Assembly: GCA_016283935.1 (NCBI GenBank)
Contig: JAEENX010000013.1
Span: 24,730-88,729 of the forward strand
DNA length: 64,000 nt
DNA from: Bacilli bacterium
GTDB taxonomy: Bacteria; Bacillota_I; Bacilli_A; RF39; UBA660
Direction: 5' to 3'
Every line of letters begins with the position of its first letter. Within the stretch, counting starts at the first letter, position 1. Both the position numbers and the translations under genes were made by a program. Below, piece by piece: positions 50,834 through 61,219 of the stretch. Below the pieces are notes generated by a model. That model was not told where the DNA came from. It did no database searches and saw only the letters and a list, made by a program, of their open reading frames with translations.

Positions 50834-52429
50834 TTAATTAAGCCTTAAATAATACTTTTGATTTCTAAAATCAAATTTTAGCATAACGTTTGAAGCATCC
50901 TTTACTCTTCTGTTTGCTCTTAAGAAAACATAATTATCAACATTTTCTTGAGTTACAAGTCTTCCCTTTTCTTGATACTCCTTAGTTCCTATAGTATAAA
51001 TAATAGTTACATAGTTACTAAAAATATCATTTATAGTTGGGAAAGTCTTAGTAAAATAAGCATCATCATAAAGAGTATATTGAAGATTAAGAGTAATCAT
51101 AGAATCAGTACTATCCATACTTGGTGAAATTAATTTACTCTTGCGAGTACAATTTAATTTCGAATTACATAGAGCATAATCTATTAAATATTTTTCTTCA
51201 AAACTAAATGATTGAATATTCATTTTAAACATATTGTGATTAACAGTATTTGTCTTAATATCTTGACCAACAGTAAATACAGTATCTTTATCTTCTGAAT
51301 CAATATCTTTAGTAGTTATCTTAAATTTTCTATACATAACTAATACTTTTAATCCATTATTATCAACAGCTTCTTGAATTCTTAATGTCCAATTTCTTAC
51401 ATTTGTTGTAGCAGGAACTTCAAAAGTTAAAGTTACATCAGTTGTTTCACCAGAAATCAATTGTTGTTTTTCTTGATAAGGAACACCTAAATCATAAAAC
51501 TTACCATTGTAATATAATGTTGGATAGAATTCGATCTTTCCACTTTGAATGCTTATTTTAGTTAAATCAAGTGTAGCATCAGCTAATAAAGTATTTGTTA
51601 AAGAAAGATTAACAACAACGAATTTCGAATTTTCTTTAACAATATTACCATTATAATCTTCTGCTGTAATATAAGCACCATTAACTGAATAATTAATACC
51701 ATCAACAGTCATAATAGCTTCTTCTTTAGCTCTATCTAAATATGTTTTATAGTAATATAATCCATAAATACTACAAGCAATAATCATTAAGCCACCAATT
51801 AATTCAAAGTAAACAAGATTTTCTAAAAAGTAATACTTACATTCTCTAACAAATCTTCTGAATCCTCTAGCATATTTATAATTGTTTTGACCAATCATAA
51901 CTTCGAATTCTGCAGAGTCTTCTTCAACTATCTTCATTTCCCTAATATCTTTTGAGAAATTAAATTGTCCTAAATTAAAACCAATACCACGAACGAATAT
52001 AATACAGAAAAGAATAAATCCAACATATCTAATCATCATAGATGCATCTCTTGCAAGAGATAATGTAGATTCTGTTACTGTTCCATTTACTAAATTATTA
52101 CATACATTTTTTAAATATAATATTAGTACAGCAGTACCAATAAAATATGCAATAGTACTAAGATATGTTCTAGTTGGTTTCTTTTTTTCTTTTAAAAGAT
52201 AATATACAAGTCCAGTTAATATCAAACCAACTATAACAAATAAGAAAATATTATTATTAATTAAGTATTCTGCACCTGCATATGTGTACATCTTACTTGT
52301 TTTTAAATCTACAAATTGTTGTTGTAAGTTAGTAGCATTTACAGCTAAGAAGGCAATACATCCAGCAATAACTAAATTGATAACTTTAAAATGTCTAATT
52401 ATAAATGCATACGGTTTTCTAATTATCAC
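50834..52429 (-). CDS. Hypothetical membrane protein with extracellular Ig-like (DUF4352-like) region
   Basis: GTG start after AGGAGG; about five TMs then beta-rich domain (KFVVVNLSLTN). Confidence 0.72.
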   Translation of the reverse strand: MIIRKPYAFIIRHFKVINLVIAGCIAFLAVNATNLQQQFVDLKTSKMYTYAGAEYLINNNIFLFVIVGLILTGLVYYLLKEKKKPTRTYLSTIAYFIGTAVLILYLKNVCNNLVNGTVTESTLSLARDASMMIRYVGFILFCIIFVRGIGFNLGQFNFSKDIREMKIVEEDSAEFEVMIGQNNYKYARGFRRFVRECKYYFLENLVYFELIGGLMIIACSIYGLYYYKTYLDRAKEEAIMTVDGINYSVNGAYITAEDYNGNIVKENSKFVVVNLSLTNTLLADATLDLTKISIQSGKIEFYPTLYYNGKFYDLGVPYQEKQQLISGETTDVTLTFEVPATTNVRNWTLRIQEAVDNNGLKVLVMYRKFKITTKDIDSEDKDTVFTVGQDIKTNTVNHNMFKMNIQSFSFEEKYLIDYALCNSKLNCTRKSKLISPSMDSTDSMITLNLQYTLYDDAYFTKTFPTINDIFSNYVTIIYTIGTKEYQEKGRLVTQENVDNYVFLRANRRVKDASNVMLKFDFRNQKYYLRLN

Positions 52430-52497
52430 TTTAGACCAGCCTCCTATTATGAGTATATTATAACATAAAAAAAGAATAATATATATTATATTATTCT

Positions 52498-53577
52498 TTA
52501 CTCATTAAACATAAATACTTTATTAGAAGCACTGAAATTCCATTCAAAATATGAAGCAACCTTTCTGTAAATACCAGCTTCATTTACCATATAGATTGAA
52601 TCACCAGATAAAACCCAAACAATATTAGAATCATAATCAATACTAATAATACTTTTTACATCTAAATCATTAATTAATTTAATATTTTTATTAGATCCAT
52701 AATAATTTAAATATAATGAATTATCTTTTACAAAATAATTATATTTATTATTATTTTTGAATTTAATATCTTTATATTTTAAATCAGATAATGAATAACT
52801 AACTTCTCTTCCTTCAAAAGCAATACCACCATTTGAATTAGATATCTTTTTAATCTTCTTTTTATTTACATCTAAAGTATATTCTTTAGAATTTTCTTTA
52901 TCGAATAAATATATTAATTCATCTTTATCCCCTAAAAAATATGAATTAAAAGAAATACTATATTTTAATTTCCATTTATTAATTTTTTGATTCTTGATAT
53001 CTATAATATAAAAAATATTAAATGTTTTATTTTGATTATAATCAGGAACTAATAAATAGTTTTCGAATTGATAAGTCAAGGCATTATCATATTGTTCTTT
53101 ATCAATAAAATTATATTCTTTATTATGAATAATATCTTTAAATCCATATGAATTCCAAATTAGAATAGTATAATCTTCTTCAAACAATTTAATATTATCT
53201 ATTTCTTTAATAACTGTTTGATTATAATCAGGATTATTATCATAGAAATACGAATAATAATTATCCTCTTTTATTTTTACAGCTTCAGTTTGATCAAATA
53301 CTTTTAGATATAATACTTTATAATCATTTTCGTCTTCTTCTAACTTAATTTCATCAACTATTTTTCTCTTATTACTATATTTATGTTCAAATGCAAAATC
53401 TACATTAATATTATCTTTAGAAACATTAAAAGTATAAAAATTTCCATCATATCTTTCTACAATCTTATATCCATCTTTTTCGTAATCTATAGAATAACTT
53501 CTTTCTTTATTTGTAAAAATTAAAACACTAGCAATTAAAATAATAAATGTAATTGTTAATAGTATAATCTTCTTCAT
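52498..53577 (-). CDS. Hypothetical membrane-anchored protein
   Basis: AGGAG RBS, N-terminal hydrophobic anchor. Confidence 0.75.
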   Translation of the reverse strand: MKKIILLTITFIILIASVLIFTNKERSYSIDYEKDGYKIVERYDGNFYTFNVSKDNINVDFAFEHKYSNKRKIVDEIKLEEDENDYKVLYLKVFDQTEAVKIKEDNYYSYFYDNNPDYNQTVIKEIDNIKLFEEDYTILIWNSYGFKDIIHNKEYNFIDKEQYDNALTYQFENYLLVPDYNQNKTFNIFYIIDIKNQKINKWKLKYSISFNSYFLGDKDELIYLFDKENSKEYTLDVNKKKIKKISNSNGGIAFEGREVSYSLSDLKYKDIKFKNNNKYNYFVKDNSLYLNYYGSNKNIKLINDLDVKSIISIDYDSNIVWVLSGDSIYMVNEAGIYRKVASYFEWNFSASNKVFMFNE

Positions 53578-53603
53578 ATATTCTCCTATATAAAAAGATT
53601 CTA

Positions 53604-54059
53604 TTATTTAGAATCTTCAACTTTTTTCTCTTTACCGTATTTCTTTTTCATATCCATCATGAATGTAGTAATCTTTGTTTCAACTTCTGGTAAGCTCTTC
53701 TTATCTAAGTTAGAAAGATAAATTACTTCTTTAACAGTATCAATAACAACTGTACCCCAGAATATAGATGAAATAACAGACATATCATTATATAAATCAG
53801 GAGTAATAGATATAAATTTATATCCAGGTAATATTTTTTTATGACCAATCATAATTCTCTCATTAGTTATTGCAAGAACTGCACTATCAATTAATCCCCA
53901 TGGTTCATTGTTTAATTGTCCACAACAAACAAATTGAATTTCTTCATTAGGATTTAAATGCATATCAATAATCTTACAATGTTTTTTTACTCTCCAACAA
54001 ATTCCATATGGATATTTATCCACGAAATCTCTAACTAAATTTAAACATCCTTTAGCCAT
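53604..54059 (-). CDS. Bacterial PH-domain protein
   Basis: LNPNEEI...AITNERI...WGTVVIDT pattern; TAATG overlap with upstream gene. Confidence 0.7.
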   Translation of the reverse strand: MAKGCLNLVRDFVDKYPYGICWRVKKHCKIIDMHLNPNEEIQFVCCGQLNNEPWGLIDSAVLAITNERIMIGHKKILPGYKFISITPDLYNDMSVISSIFWGTVVIDTVKEVIYLSNLDKKSLPEVETKITTFMMDMKKKYGKEKKVEDSK

Positions 54060-54874
54060 TACTTATCACCTTCCAAAACTTTAAACTCTTTTAATTTTTT
54101 TATTAATGTAGTTTCATTAACATAACCACCAATACATACAACAAGCTTACCTTGTTTAGTAACTAGTGTCATTGGTTTAGGATATGATTCCTTAAGTGTA
54201 GTACTTTCACCAGTAGTAGTACAAGTACTAGGTATAGTAATATCAATATCTGTAATCTTACTATATTCATCTTTATCATATTTATTTGTATCAAAATAAT
54301 AAATATTTAAATTATAATCTTTGGCAACCTTATTAAATACTGGTTTATATAAATTACAATATGAACATTCATCATATCCAAATACTGATACAGTTAATTC
54401 TTTACTATTAACTTTCTTTATAAATTCATCAGCAGAACTTAATGTTTTATAATATGTCATACTACTTGGTATTTCATTAAAGAAATAATATCTAAACATT
54501 TCATTTGCTTCTGTCTCACTTAATTGAGCATCAAAACCACCAATAATTGCACCTTCATCAAAAATAAAAAACATAGGTTTCTTTGCATCAATATCTAAAT
54601 TATAGTTATTTATTAATTCTACTATTTCATTTAATGATAAATCACTTTTTAATACTTTAGCTTTATATTCTGATTTAAAATAATCAATAAGACCATTATC
54701 TTCATTATTAGAAGGTACATATATTAAACCTTCAACATATTCTTCCATCTTAGAAGAAAGATCATTATAACTTACTTCAATTAATCTAGAATTATTTTTT
54801 TCTACTTTAACCAAAATAACTAATAATATAACAATAAGAATAAAAAATACACTAATAAAAATATTCTTCTTCAT
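54059..54874 (-). CDS. Membrane-anchored thioredoxin-fold protein
   Basis: N-terminal TM, CSYC motif, IYYFDT and P.TL segments. Confidence 0.78.
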   Translation of the reverse strand: MKKNIFISVFFILIVILLVILVKVEKNNSRLIEVSYNDLSSKMEEYVEGLIYVPSNNEDNGLIDYFKSEYKAKVLKSDLSLNEIVELINNYNLDIDAKKPMFFIFDEGAIIGGFDAQLSETEANEMFRYYFFNEIPSSMTYYKTLSSADEFIKKVNSKELTVSVFGYDECSYCNLYKPVFNKVAKDYNLNIYYFDTNKYDKDEYSKITDIDITIPSTCTTTGESTTLKESYPKPMTLVTKQGKLVVCIGGYVNETTLIKKLKEFKVLEGDK

Positions 54875-54945
54875 TATTAGTCCTCCCTTATAGATATTTT
54901 ATTACAAACACTAGTAAATATCAATAAAAACACCATATTAAATAA

Positions 54946-54974
54946 TTGACAAAATCATAGATAAATATTATAAT
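54946..54974 (+). promoter_or_regulatory. Consensus sigma-A promoter for argS leader
   Basis: TTGACA-17 nt-TATAAT perfect match. Confidence 0.9.
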
Positions 54975-54984
54975 CTTAACAACT

Positions 54985-55180
54985 TAAACGAAGAAGAGGA
55001 ATATTAGTAAAACCAATAATATACAGTGAGGAATCGGTTGGTGAGAGATCCATATTATGTTTTATGAACGCACCTTGGAGTTTAAAAGCAGATCTGCTAT
55101 AAAGATAAGAGATAGTAATCCTATGAAATAAGGTGGTACCACGAATAATACTCGTCCTTATGTTATAGGATTTTTTTATT
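54985..55180 (+). promoter_or_regulatory. T-box riboswitch (Arg)
   Basis: Stem I with AGTA and GGTGAGA elements, GAA-CGC specifier at 55069-55071, T-box AAGGTGGTACCACG, terminator hairpin with T-tract, upstream of argS. Confidence 0.93.
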
Positions 55181-55198
55181 TAAGAAAGGGTGTTATAA

Positions 55199-56929
55199 AT
55201 GAGTTTAATCAAACAATTAGAAAAATATGTTAATGATGTAATAAAAGAATTAGGATATGAAACAGATGTAAAAATTGAAAAATCAAAAATGAAAGAATTT
55301 GGTGATTATCAAATAAATGCAGCTATGGCATTAGCTAAACAAGCTGGTAAAAATCCAAGAGAAATTGCTCAAGAAATAGTTGATAAATTTGATAATAGAT
55401 TTACTAACGTTAATATCCAAGGTCCTGGTTTCATTAATATAAGTATAAGTGATGAAGTATTATTAAAAGATTCAAACGAATCAATTAATAACTTTGATAA
55501 CTATATAGATAAAAATGAAAACAAAAGAAAAATAGTATTAGATTATGGTGGAGCTAATATAGCTAAAGAAATGCATGTTGGACATTTTAGATGTAATATT
55601 GGTGAATCAGTTAAAAGATTATTAAATGCATTTGGTGATGAAACAATATCTGATGTTCACTGGGGAGACTGGGGAACACCAATGGGATTAGTAATAAGAG
55701 AAATTCAAGAAATGCATCCTGAACTTCCATACTTTGATCCAAACTTTGAAGGAGAATATCCATCAGAATCACCTGTAACAAATGAAGAATTAGGAATAAT
55801 ATATCCAAGAGCATCTTTAAAGAAAAAAGAAAATGAAAAATATGCTGAAGAAGCAAAACAAATCACAATGAAATTACAAAATGGTGATAAAGGATTACTA
55901 GCACTTTGGAAACACATTGTTAATGTTTCTGAAAAAGATGCTGAAAAAATCTATGATTATTTAAATTGTACTTTTGATTATTCATACGGAGAATCAAATG
56001 CAGCACCATATGTTAATGATGTATTAGATATATTAAAAGAAAAAGGATTAGCTGAAGAATCAGACGGTGCATTAATAATGCATGTTAAAGAAGAAACAGA
56101 TAATAAAGAAATGCCACCTTTAATGTTAGTAAAATCAGATGGTGCTATTCTATATGACACAACTGAATTAGCTACAATCTATCAAAGAATGCATGATTGG
56201 AATCCAGATGAAATTTGGTATTTCACAGATGAAAGACAATCATTACATTTTGAACAAGCGTTTAGAGGTGTTAAAAAAGCAGGAATCGTAAATGAAAATA
56301 CAGTCTTACGTTTCTGTGGATTCGGTACTATAAATGGTAAAGACGGAAAACCATTTAAAACACGTGATGGTGGTGTAATGTCTCTTAAAGGTTTAATTAA
56401 ATTAGTACATGATGAAATTGAACCTAAAATCAAAGAAGATATTCAAGGAGAAGAAAGAGCTGATATAGCTAATAAATTAACATTAGCAACATTAAAATAT
56501 TCAGATCTAACTCCTCAAAGAAGAACAGATTATATATTTGATGTAGAAAAATTTACTGAATTTGTTGGTAAAACAGGTATATATGCTGTATATACTACAA
56601 CAAGAATTAAATCATTATTAAATAAAGTTAATGTTGATAACCCAACAATTATTAACATTCCAAATCAAGAAGTAAGAGATATTTTAGTTAAGTTAACTGA
56701 ATTACCAAAATGTCTAACATCAAGTTATCAAGATGCTTCATTAAATTATATATGTGATTTCATATACGAATTATCTTCATTATTTAATAAATTCTATGGA
56801 GACCATAATATATCTAATGAAGAAAACGAAGAAAATAAAAAGACTTATATAGCTTTATCTAAACTAGTTTATAATACATTAAGTAATCTATTAAATATAC
56901 TAGCAATAGATGAAGTAAATAAAATGTAA
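55199..56929 (+). CDS. argS: Arginine--tRNA ligase
   Basis: GDYQ, GPGFIN, HVGH, GDWG, KSDG, FKTRDG; Arg T-box. Confidence 0.97.
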   Translation: MSLIKQLEKYVNDVIKELGYETDVKIEKSKMKEFGDYQINAAMALAKQAGKNPREIAQEIVDKFDNRFTNVNIQGPGFINISISDEVLLKDSNESINNFDNYIDKNENKRKIVLDYGGANIAKEMHVGHFRCNIGESVKRLLNAFGDETISDVHWGDWGTPMGLVIREIQEMHPELPYFDPNFEGEYPSESPVTNEELGIIYPRASLKKKENEKYAEEAKQITMKLQNGDKGLLALWKHIVNVSEKDAEKIYDYLNCTFDYSYGESNAAPYVNDVLDILKEKGLAEESDGALIMHVKEETDNKEMPPLMLVKSDGAILYDTTELATIYQRMHDWNPDEIWYFTDERQSLHFEQAFRGVKKAGIVNENTVLRFCGFGTINGKDGKPFKTRDGGVMSLKGLIKLVHDEIEPKIKEDIQGEERADIANKLTLATLKYSDLTPQRRTDYIFDVEKFTEFVGKTGIYAVYTTTRIKSLLNKVNVDNPTIINIPNQEVRDILVKLTELPKCLTSSYQDASLNYICDFIYELSSLFNKFYGDHNISNEENEENKKTYIALSKLVYNTLSNLLNILAIDEVNKM

Positions 56930-56958
56930 TAAAAAAAGAAGGATTTTATCCTTCTTTT
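56930..56958. terminator. Bidirectional terminator between argS and nnr
   Basis: AAAAGAAGGAT-TTT-ATCCTTCTTTT. Confidence 0.75.
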
Positions 56959-58444
56959 ATTTTGTTATTTTAGTTATAGCATCAGGAATACATTTTGCAG
57001 TATTTCTTGCAATCATACTAATTGAATTAAATTTTCCTTGAGCAATTTCCCCAGCATATCCATTAATAAATGCTCCTGCAGCTACTGTATTAATATCAGG
57101 TTTATTATATCCTAATAAACCAACTAATATACCTGCTAAAATATCACCAGATCCTGCTGTTGCCATACCAGGAACTCCTTTATTAACAAGTAAAACATTT
57201 TCTCCATCACTTATTATAGTTGTAGGTCCTTTTAGTAAAACTATAATATTATATTTTTTAGCAAAATCTTTTACCTTCTTAATAGGATCATTTAAAATAT
57301 CTTTTTCTCTAATTTTACTTATTTTAGAAAATTCCTTAACATGAGGTGTAATAATTATTTTATTTTGAGCATTAGATAATTCCTTTAAATCCATATTAGC
57401 TAATGTATTAATACCATCTGCATCAAATATAATTGGTTTATTATAATTTCTTAATAACCATTTTATAATTTTGCTATATTCTGGTGATTTACCCCAACCA
57501 ATTCCTACAAGTAATGCTTTAGTTTTATCTAAAGCACCTAACATATATTCTTTATCAAATCTAATCTTTCCATCTTTAGATGGCATTGGAAAGATAGTAC
57601 TTTCTAATACATATGGAATTAATCCTATAGCAATAGGTTCAGGTACACATATTCTTGAAACACCACATCCTGATAGTAATGCACTTAATCCCATTGAAGC
57701 AAGTTTTACAGATCCAGAATATTCAACACTTCCACCCATAATAGAAACGTATCCAAAATCACCTTTATTAGAATTATTAGATCTTTTACCTAATAATTTT
57801 TTTACATCTTTTTCTTCATATAATTTAATACTATCATCTAAAATAGGATATCCTAATGGAGCACAAACAAGATGATCAATATAATCTTTAGCATCATGTA
57901 AAAAGTGTCCTATTTTATATGTACTTAATGCTACAGTTAAATATGAATGAACAGCATTAGAGCAAATACCATTATCAGCATTTAAACCTGAAGGAATATC
58001 TATAGAAATAACTTTCTTTTTTGACATATTAATTTTATTAACAGCTTTTAAATCTAAATCTTTTAAATCACCATTAAAGTTTATTCCATATATAGCATCA
58101 ACAATACATGAATAACTACCAAAATTAGTTCCCTTTTCAATTAAATGAAATGGTATCTTCTTTTCTATACATTCATCAAATAATATTTTACCAATCTTAC
58201 TAAATTTTTCTTCTATTAAAAATATAGTAACACCAATTTTATTATCTTTTAATAAACTAGCTAAGGCATATCCAATTGCAGCGTTATTTGAACTACCACA
58301 TACAATAGCAACTCTTGATTTAAAAGCATATGCATCAAATACTCCCTTAGCACTATCACGTATAGATTTTTCTAAACTTACTCCATTTTGAAGTGCTAAA
58401 TTTTCACATTTATTCATATTCTTTCTACTTAATACTATTTCCAT
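56957..58444 (-). CDS. nnr: Bifunctional NAD(P)H-hydrate epimerase/dehydratase
   Basis: YjeF_N (VDAIYG, IDIPSG) plus NKGDFG, DADG, TPH..EF, LKG, MATAGSGDILAG. Confidence 0.92.
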   Translation of the reverse strand: MEIVLSRKNMNKCENLALQNGVSLEKSIRDSAKGVFDAYAFKSRVAIVCGSSNNAAIGYALASLLKDNKIGVTIFLIEEKFSKIGKILFDECIEKKIPFHLIEKGTNFGSYSCIVDAIYGINFNGDLKDLDLKAVNKINMSKKKVISIDIPSGLNADNGICSNAVHSYLTVALSTYKIGHFLHDAKDYIDHLVCAPLGYPILDDSIKLYEEKDVKKLLGKRSNNSNKGDFGYVSIMGGSVEYSGSVKLASMGLSALLSGCGVSRICVPEPIAIGLIPYVLESTIFPMPSKDGKIRFDKEYMLGALDKTKALLVGIGWGKSPEYSKIIKWLLRNYNKPIIFDADGINTLANMDLKELSNAQNKIIITPHVKEFSKISKIREKDILNDPIKKVKDFAKKYNIIVLLKGPTTIISDGENVLLVNKGVPGMATAGSGDILAGILVGLLGYNKPDINTVAAGAFINGYAGEIAQGKFNSISMIARNTAKCIPDAITKITK

Positions 58445-58465
58445 GAATATCCCTCTATTCTATAT

Positions 58466-59671
58466 TTACCCTAGTTTTAAATTATTATCTTCAATTGGTT
58501 TTTCATCTTCAGTTAAATATAAGCTAACTTCTTTTTCTACTGAAGGATTAACAATTATATAAGATTTAAGTTGATATAATCTTTTATTCTTTTCACTTAA
58601 AGAAATAGAACCAACATTATAAGCATGTAATATTTCTTGCTTTAATCTTCTTCTTCTTGCTTCAGATAAATCTTTAAAAGCATTATCTCTCATCTTTTCT
58701 AAAGCAGCGCCAAGAACTAATAATTCTTGTCTCTTTTTTTCATCAGGGTTATCACTTAAAGCAAGCAATCTTAGTTCAGCATCATTTTTTTCAATATCAT
58801 ATTTAAATACTTCTATATTTGATAATTCTCTTTCTACTCTATCATCAGCATCTAATTTTGAAATTAAATAAGCACAATAATCTCTTTTAATAACACCTTT
58901 AACAGTTTGTAATCTTATTAATGATTCCTCTGCTAAAATCTCATATTTATTTTTATTAGATTTTAAATTAGCAATATCACTCTTTAATCCAGCAATAGTT
59001 ACCTTTAATTCATTTTTTTCAATACTATTTCTATTTGAATAATTCATATATTGTTCTTCCAACATATGAACTTTACTAATTAAAGATTCTTTTCTCTCAT
59101 CTAAATTAGCAGCTAATCTTTTTAATATATTATATTGATTAACATGTAATTGATATTGTTTTTCATCACCTGCATCAATTATTTCATTTTTAACTTTACC
59201 AGTTCTAATAAGTGGTGCTTTATCAATTAACAATGCATATTTGAAATATAATTGTTCAGCTAACACTTTATATTTCATTGTATGTGAACGATCAGTTCTT
59301 TTTAAATTATTTAAATTTTGAATAATTTTATAATATTCATCAATTAATTCATCTTTACTTTTTTTATAAGAAACTGCAAAATCACCAAATTCAGTTTCAA
59401 CTAATTCATTTGAATCAACATCTCCACTTACTAAAATATCTCCAATGAGTTCTTCACTTATAGAATAATTCTCATCTTCATATTTAGAAATAATATCATC
59501 ATAAAAATTTACTTTATTTCTTAATTCTAAAATTCTTTTTCTATGATGTGATCTATCTGAAGGAATCATTAAATCATACTCATTTAATTCTTTTAAATAA
59601 GTATTAACTTTAGATTTTATTACTCTCAAATTATTTTCAAAAGTAGCTTTCCATACATCTAACTTACTCAT
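58466..59671 (-). CDS. Hypothetical coiled-coil-rich protein
   Basis: 401-aa helical ORF with AGGAGGAG RBS. Confidence 0.75.
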   Translation of the reverse strand: MSKLDVWKATFENNLRVIKSKVNTYLKELNEYDLMIPSDRSHHRKRILELRNKVNFYDDIISKYEDENYSISEELIGDILVSGDVDSNELVETEFGDFAVSYKKSKDELIDEYYKIIQNLNNLKRTDRSHTMKYKVLAEQLYFKYALLIDKAPLIRTGKVKNEIIDAGDEKQYQLHVNQYNILKRLAANLDERKESLISKVHMLEEQYMNYSNRNSIEKNELKVTIAGLKSDIANLKSNKNKYEILAEESLIRLQTVKGVIKRDYCAYLISKLDADDRVERELSNIEVFKYDIEKNDAELRLLALSDNPDEKKRQELLVLGAALEKMRDNAFKDLSEARRRRLKQEILHAYNVGSISLSEKNKRLYQLKSYIIVNPSVEKEVSLYLTEDEKPIEDNNLKLG

Positions 59672-59679
59672 AACTCCTC

Positions 59680-59958
59680 CTATAAATCTTCATCTTTATA
59701 TCTTTTTTTAAAATCAATAATTAAATAGATTAATTGATATACCATACATACAGGAATAATACCTAAAAAAATCATTGCAACTAAATCAGTAAAAAACACT
59801 TCAAAAAATGCAGATAGTCCATATACAGTTGTTGGAACATCTCCTAAAATATCTAAATATGTGTAACCTTTAAATGCACATACTATTCCTGCTATAATAC
59901 AAAACAAAATAGGAATAAAAGATATTACAAAGATGATTTTTGCTATTTTATGTTTCAT
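59680..59958 (-). CDS. Small two-TM membrane protein
   Basis: Two hydrophobic segments; TGCTATAAT promoter and AGGTGA RBS. Confidence 0.75.
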   Translation of the reverse strand: MKHKIAKIIFVISFIPILFCIIAGIVCAFKGYTYLDILGDVPTTVYGLSAFFEVFFTDLVAMIFLGIIPVCMVYQLIYLIIDFKKRYKDEDL

Positions 59959-60088
59959 ACTATTCACCTATTATAATTATAGCATAATTTAACTATTAAT
60001 ATGTAAAGAAAAGATATATTTTGTTTAAATAAAATAATAATTAAATATTAGATGATATAATTGAAACATAGTAAAAGGAGTTGATACT

Positions 60089-61114
60089 ATGAAATGTGTA
60101 CAAATTAAAGGACCAAAGACTGTTGGTTTAGGGGAAATAAATGAACCAACATCTAAAAATGGTAGCGTTGTACTAGATGTATTGAAATGCGGTATCTGTG
60201 GATCAGATATACATTACTATGATATGGGGCAACCTGAAGGTCTAGTAATGGGTCATGAATTTGTGGGAAGAGTTACTGACCCAGGATCTAGAGAAGATCT
60301 TAAAGTTGGAGATAGAGTTACAGGATTACCTATTTCACCATGTGGTGAATGTGAAGCTTGTAAATCAGGAAATCCTCAATATTGTCCAGCAACATGGAAT
60401 GAAGCCGTAGGATTATCATTAACTAATCCAGGAGCATATGCAGAAAAAACATCAGTTAGACCTGATTTAGTTATAAAAGTACCAGACAATGTAACAGATA
60501 ATGAAGCAGCTATGATTGAACCAACAGCAGTTGGATATCACGCAGTTAATCTTGTAAGATTTAAAGGTGGAGAAAACGTTTTAGTTGTAGGAGCTGGTAT
60601 AATTGGACAAATCACTGCTTTACTAGCAAAGAAAGCTGGAGCAAGATATGTTGCAATAGCTGAAACTAATGATTTAAGAGGACAAAAAGCAGTTAAACTT
60701 GGAGTAGCAGATGAATACTTCAATGCCAAAAATGAAAACTTCTTACAAAATGTAAGAACCCATAATCCATATGGATATGATATAGTATTTGATTGTTGTG
60801 GAAATTCAGCAGCAGTTACAAATGAAATACTATCTGTTAAACCAGGTGGAAGAATTGTATTAGTTGGTGTATCATTAGATGCGATAACTATTCCATCAGC
60901 TTTAGTAGTAACAAAGGAATTAAAAATGTTTGGAGCGATTGCTTATACAGTTGATGAATTTAAAAAGTGTTTAGATATGATGTCAAACAAAGAATTAGAC
61001 ATGCTTAAATTTGTAGATGACGTTGTACCATTAGAAAAAGCACAAGAAGCATTTAATAGATTAACAGCTGGAAATGATGATGCTGTTAAAATATTATTTG
61101 ACCCTAAAATGTAA
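60089..61114 (+). CDS. Zinc-dependent medium-chain alcohol/polyol dehydrogenase
   Basis: CGICGSD, GHE, CGECEAC..C, GAGIIG. Confidence 0.93.
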   Translation: MKCVQIKGPKTVGLGEINEPTSKNGSVVLDVLKCGICGSDIHYYDMGQPEGLVMGHEFVGRVTDPGSREDLKVGDRVTGLPISPCGECEACKSGNPQYCPATWNEAVGLSLTNPGAYAEKTSVRPDLVIKVPDNVTDNEAAMIEPTAVGYHAVNLVRFKGGENVLVVGAGIIGQITALLAKKAGARYVAIAETNDLRGQKAVKLGVADEYFNAKNENFLQNVRTHNPYGYDIVFDCCGNSAAVTNEILSVKPGGRIVLVGVSLDAITIPSALVVTKELKMFGAIAYTVDEFKKCLDMMSNKELDMLKFVDDVVPLEKAQEAFNRLTAGNDDAVKILFDPKM

Positions 61115-61219
61115 TAATTAAAAAGACTAGATTCTCTAGTCTTTTTTTATGTATCAAATTACATATATTTACAATTAAATTATAATTTTATAAAATATTA
61201 TAAGAAAAGAGTAAGTAAT

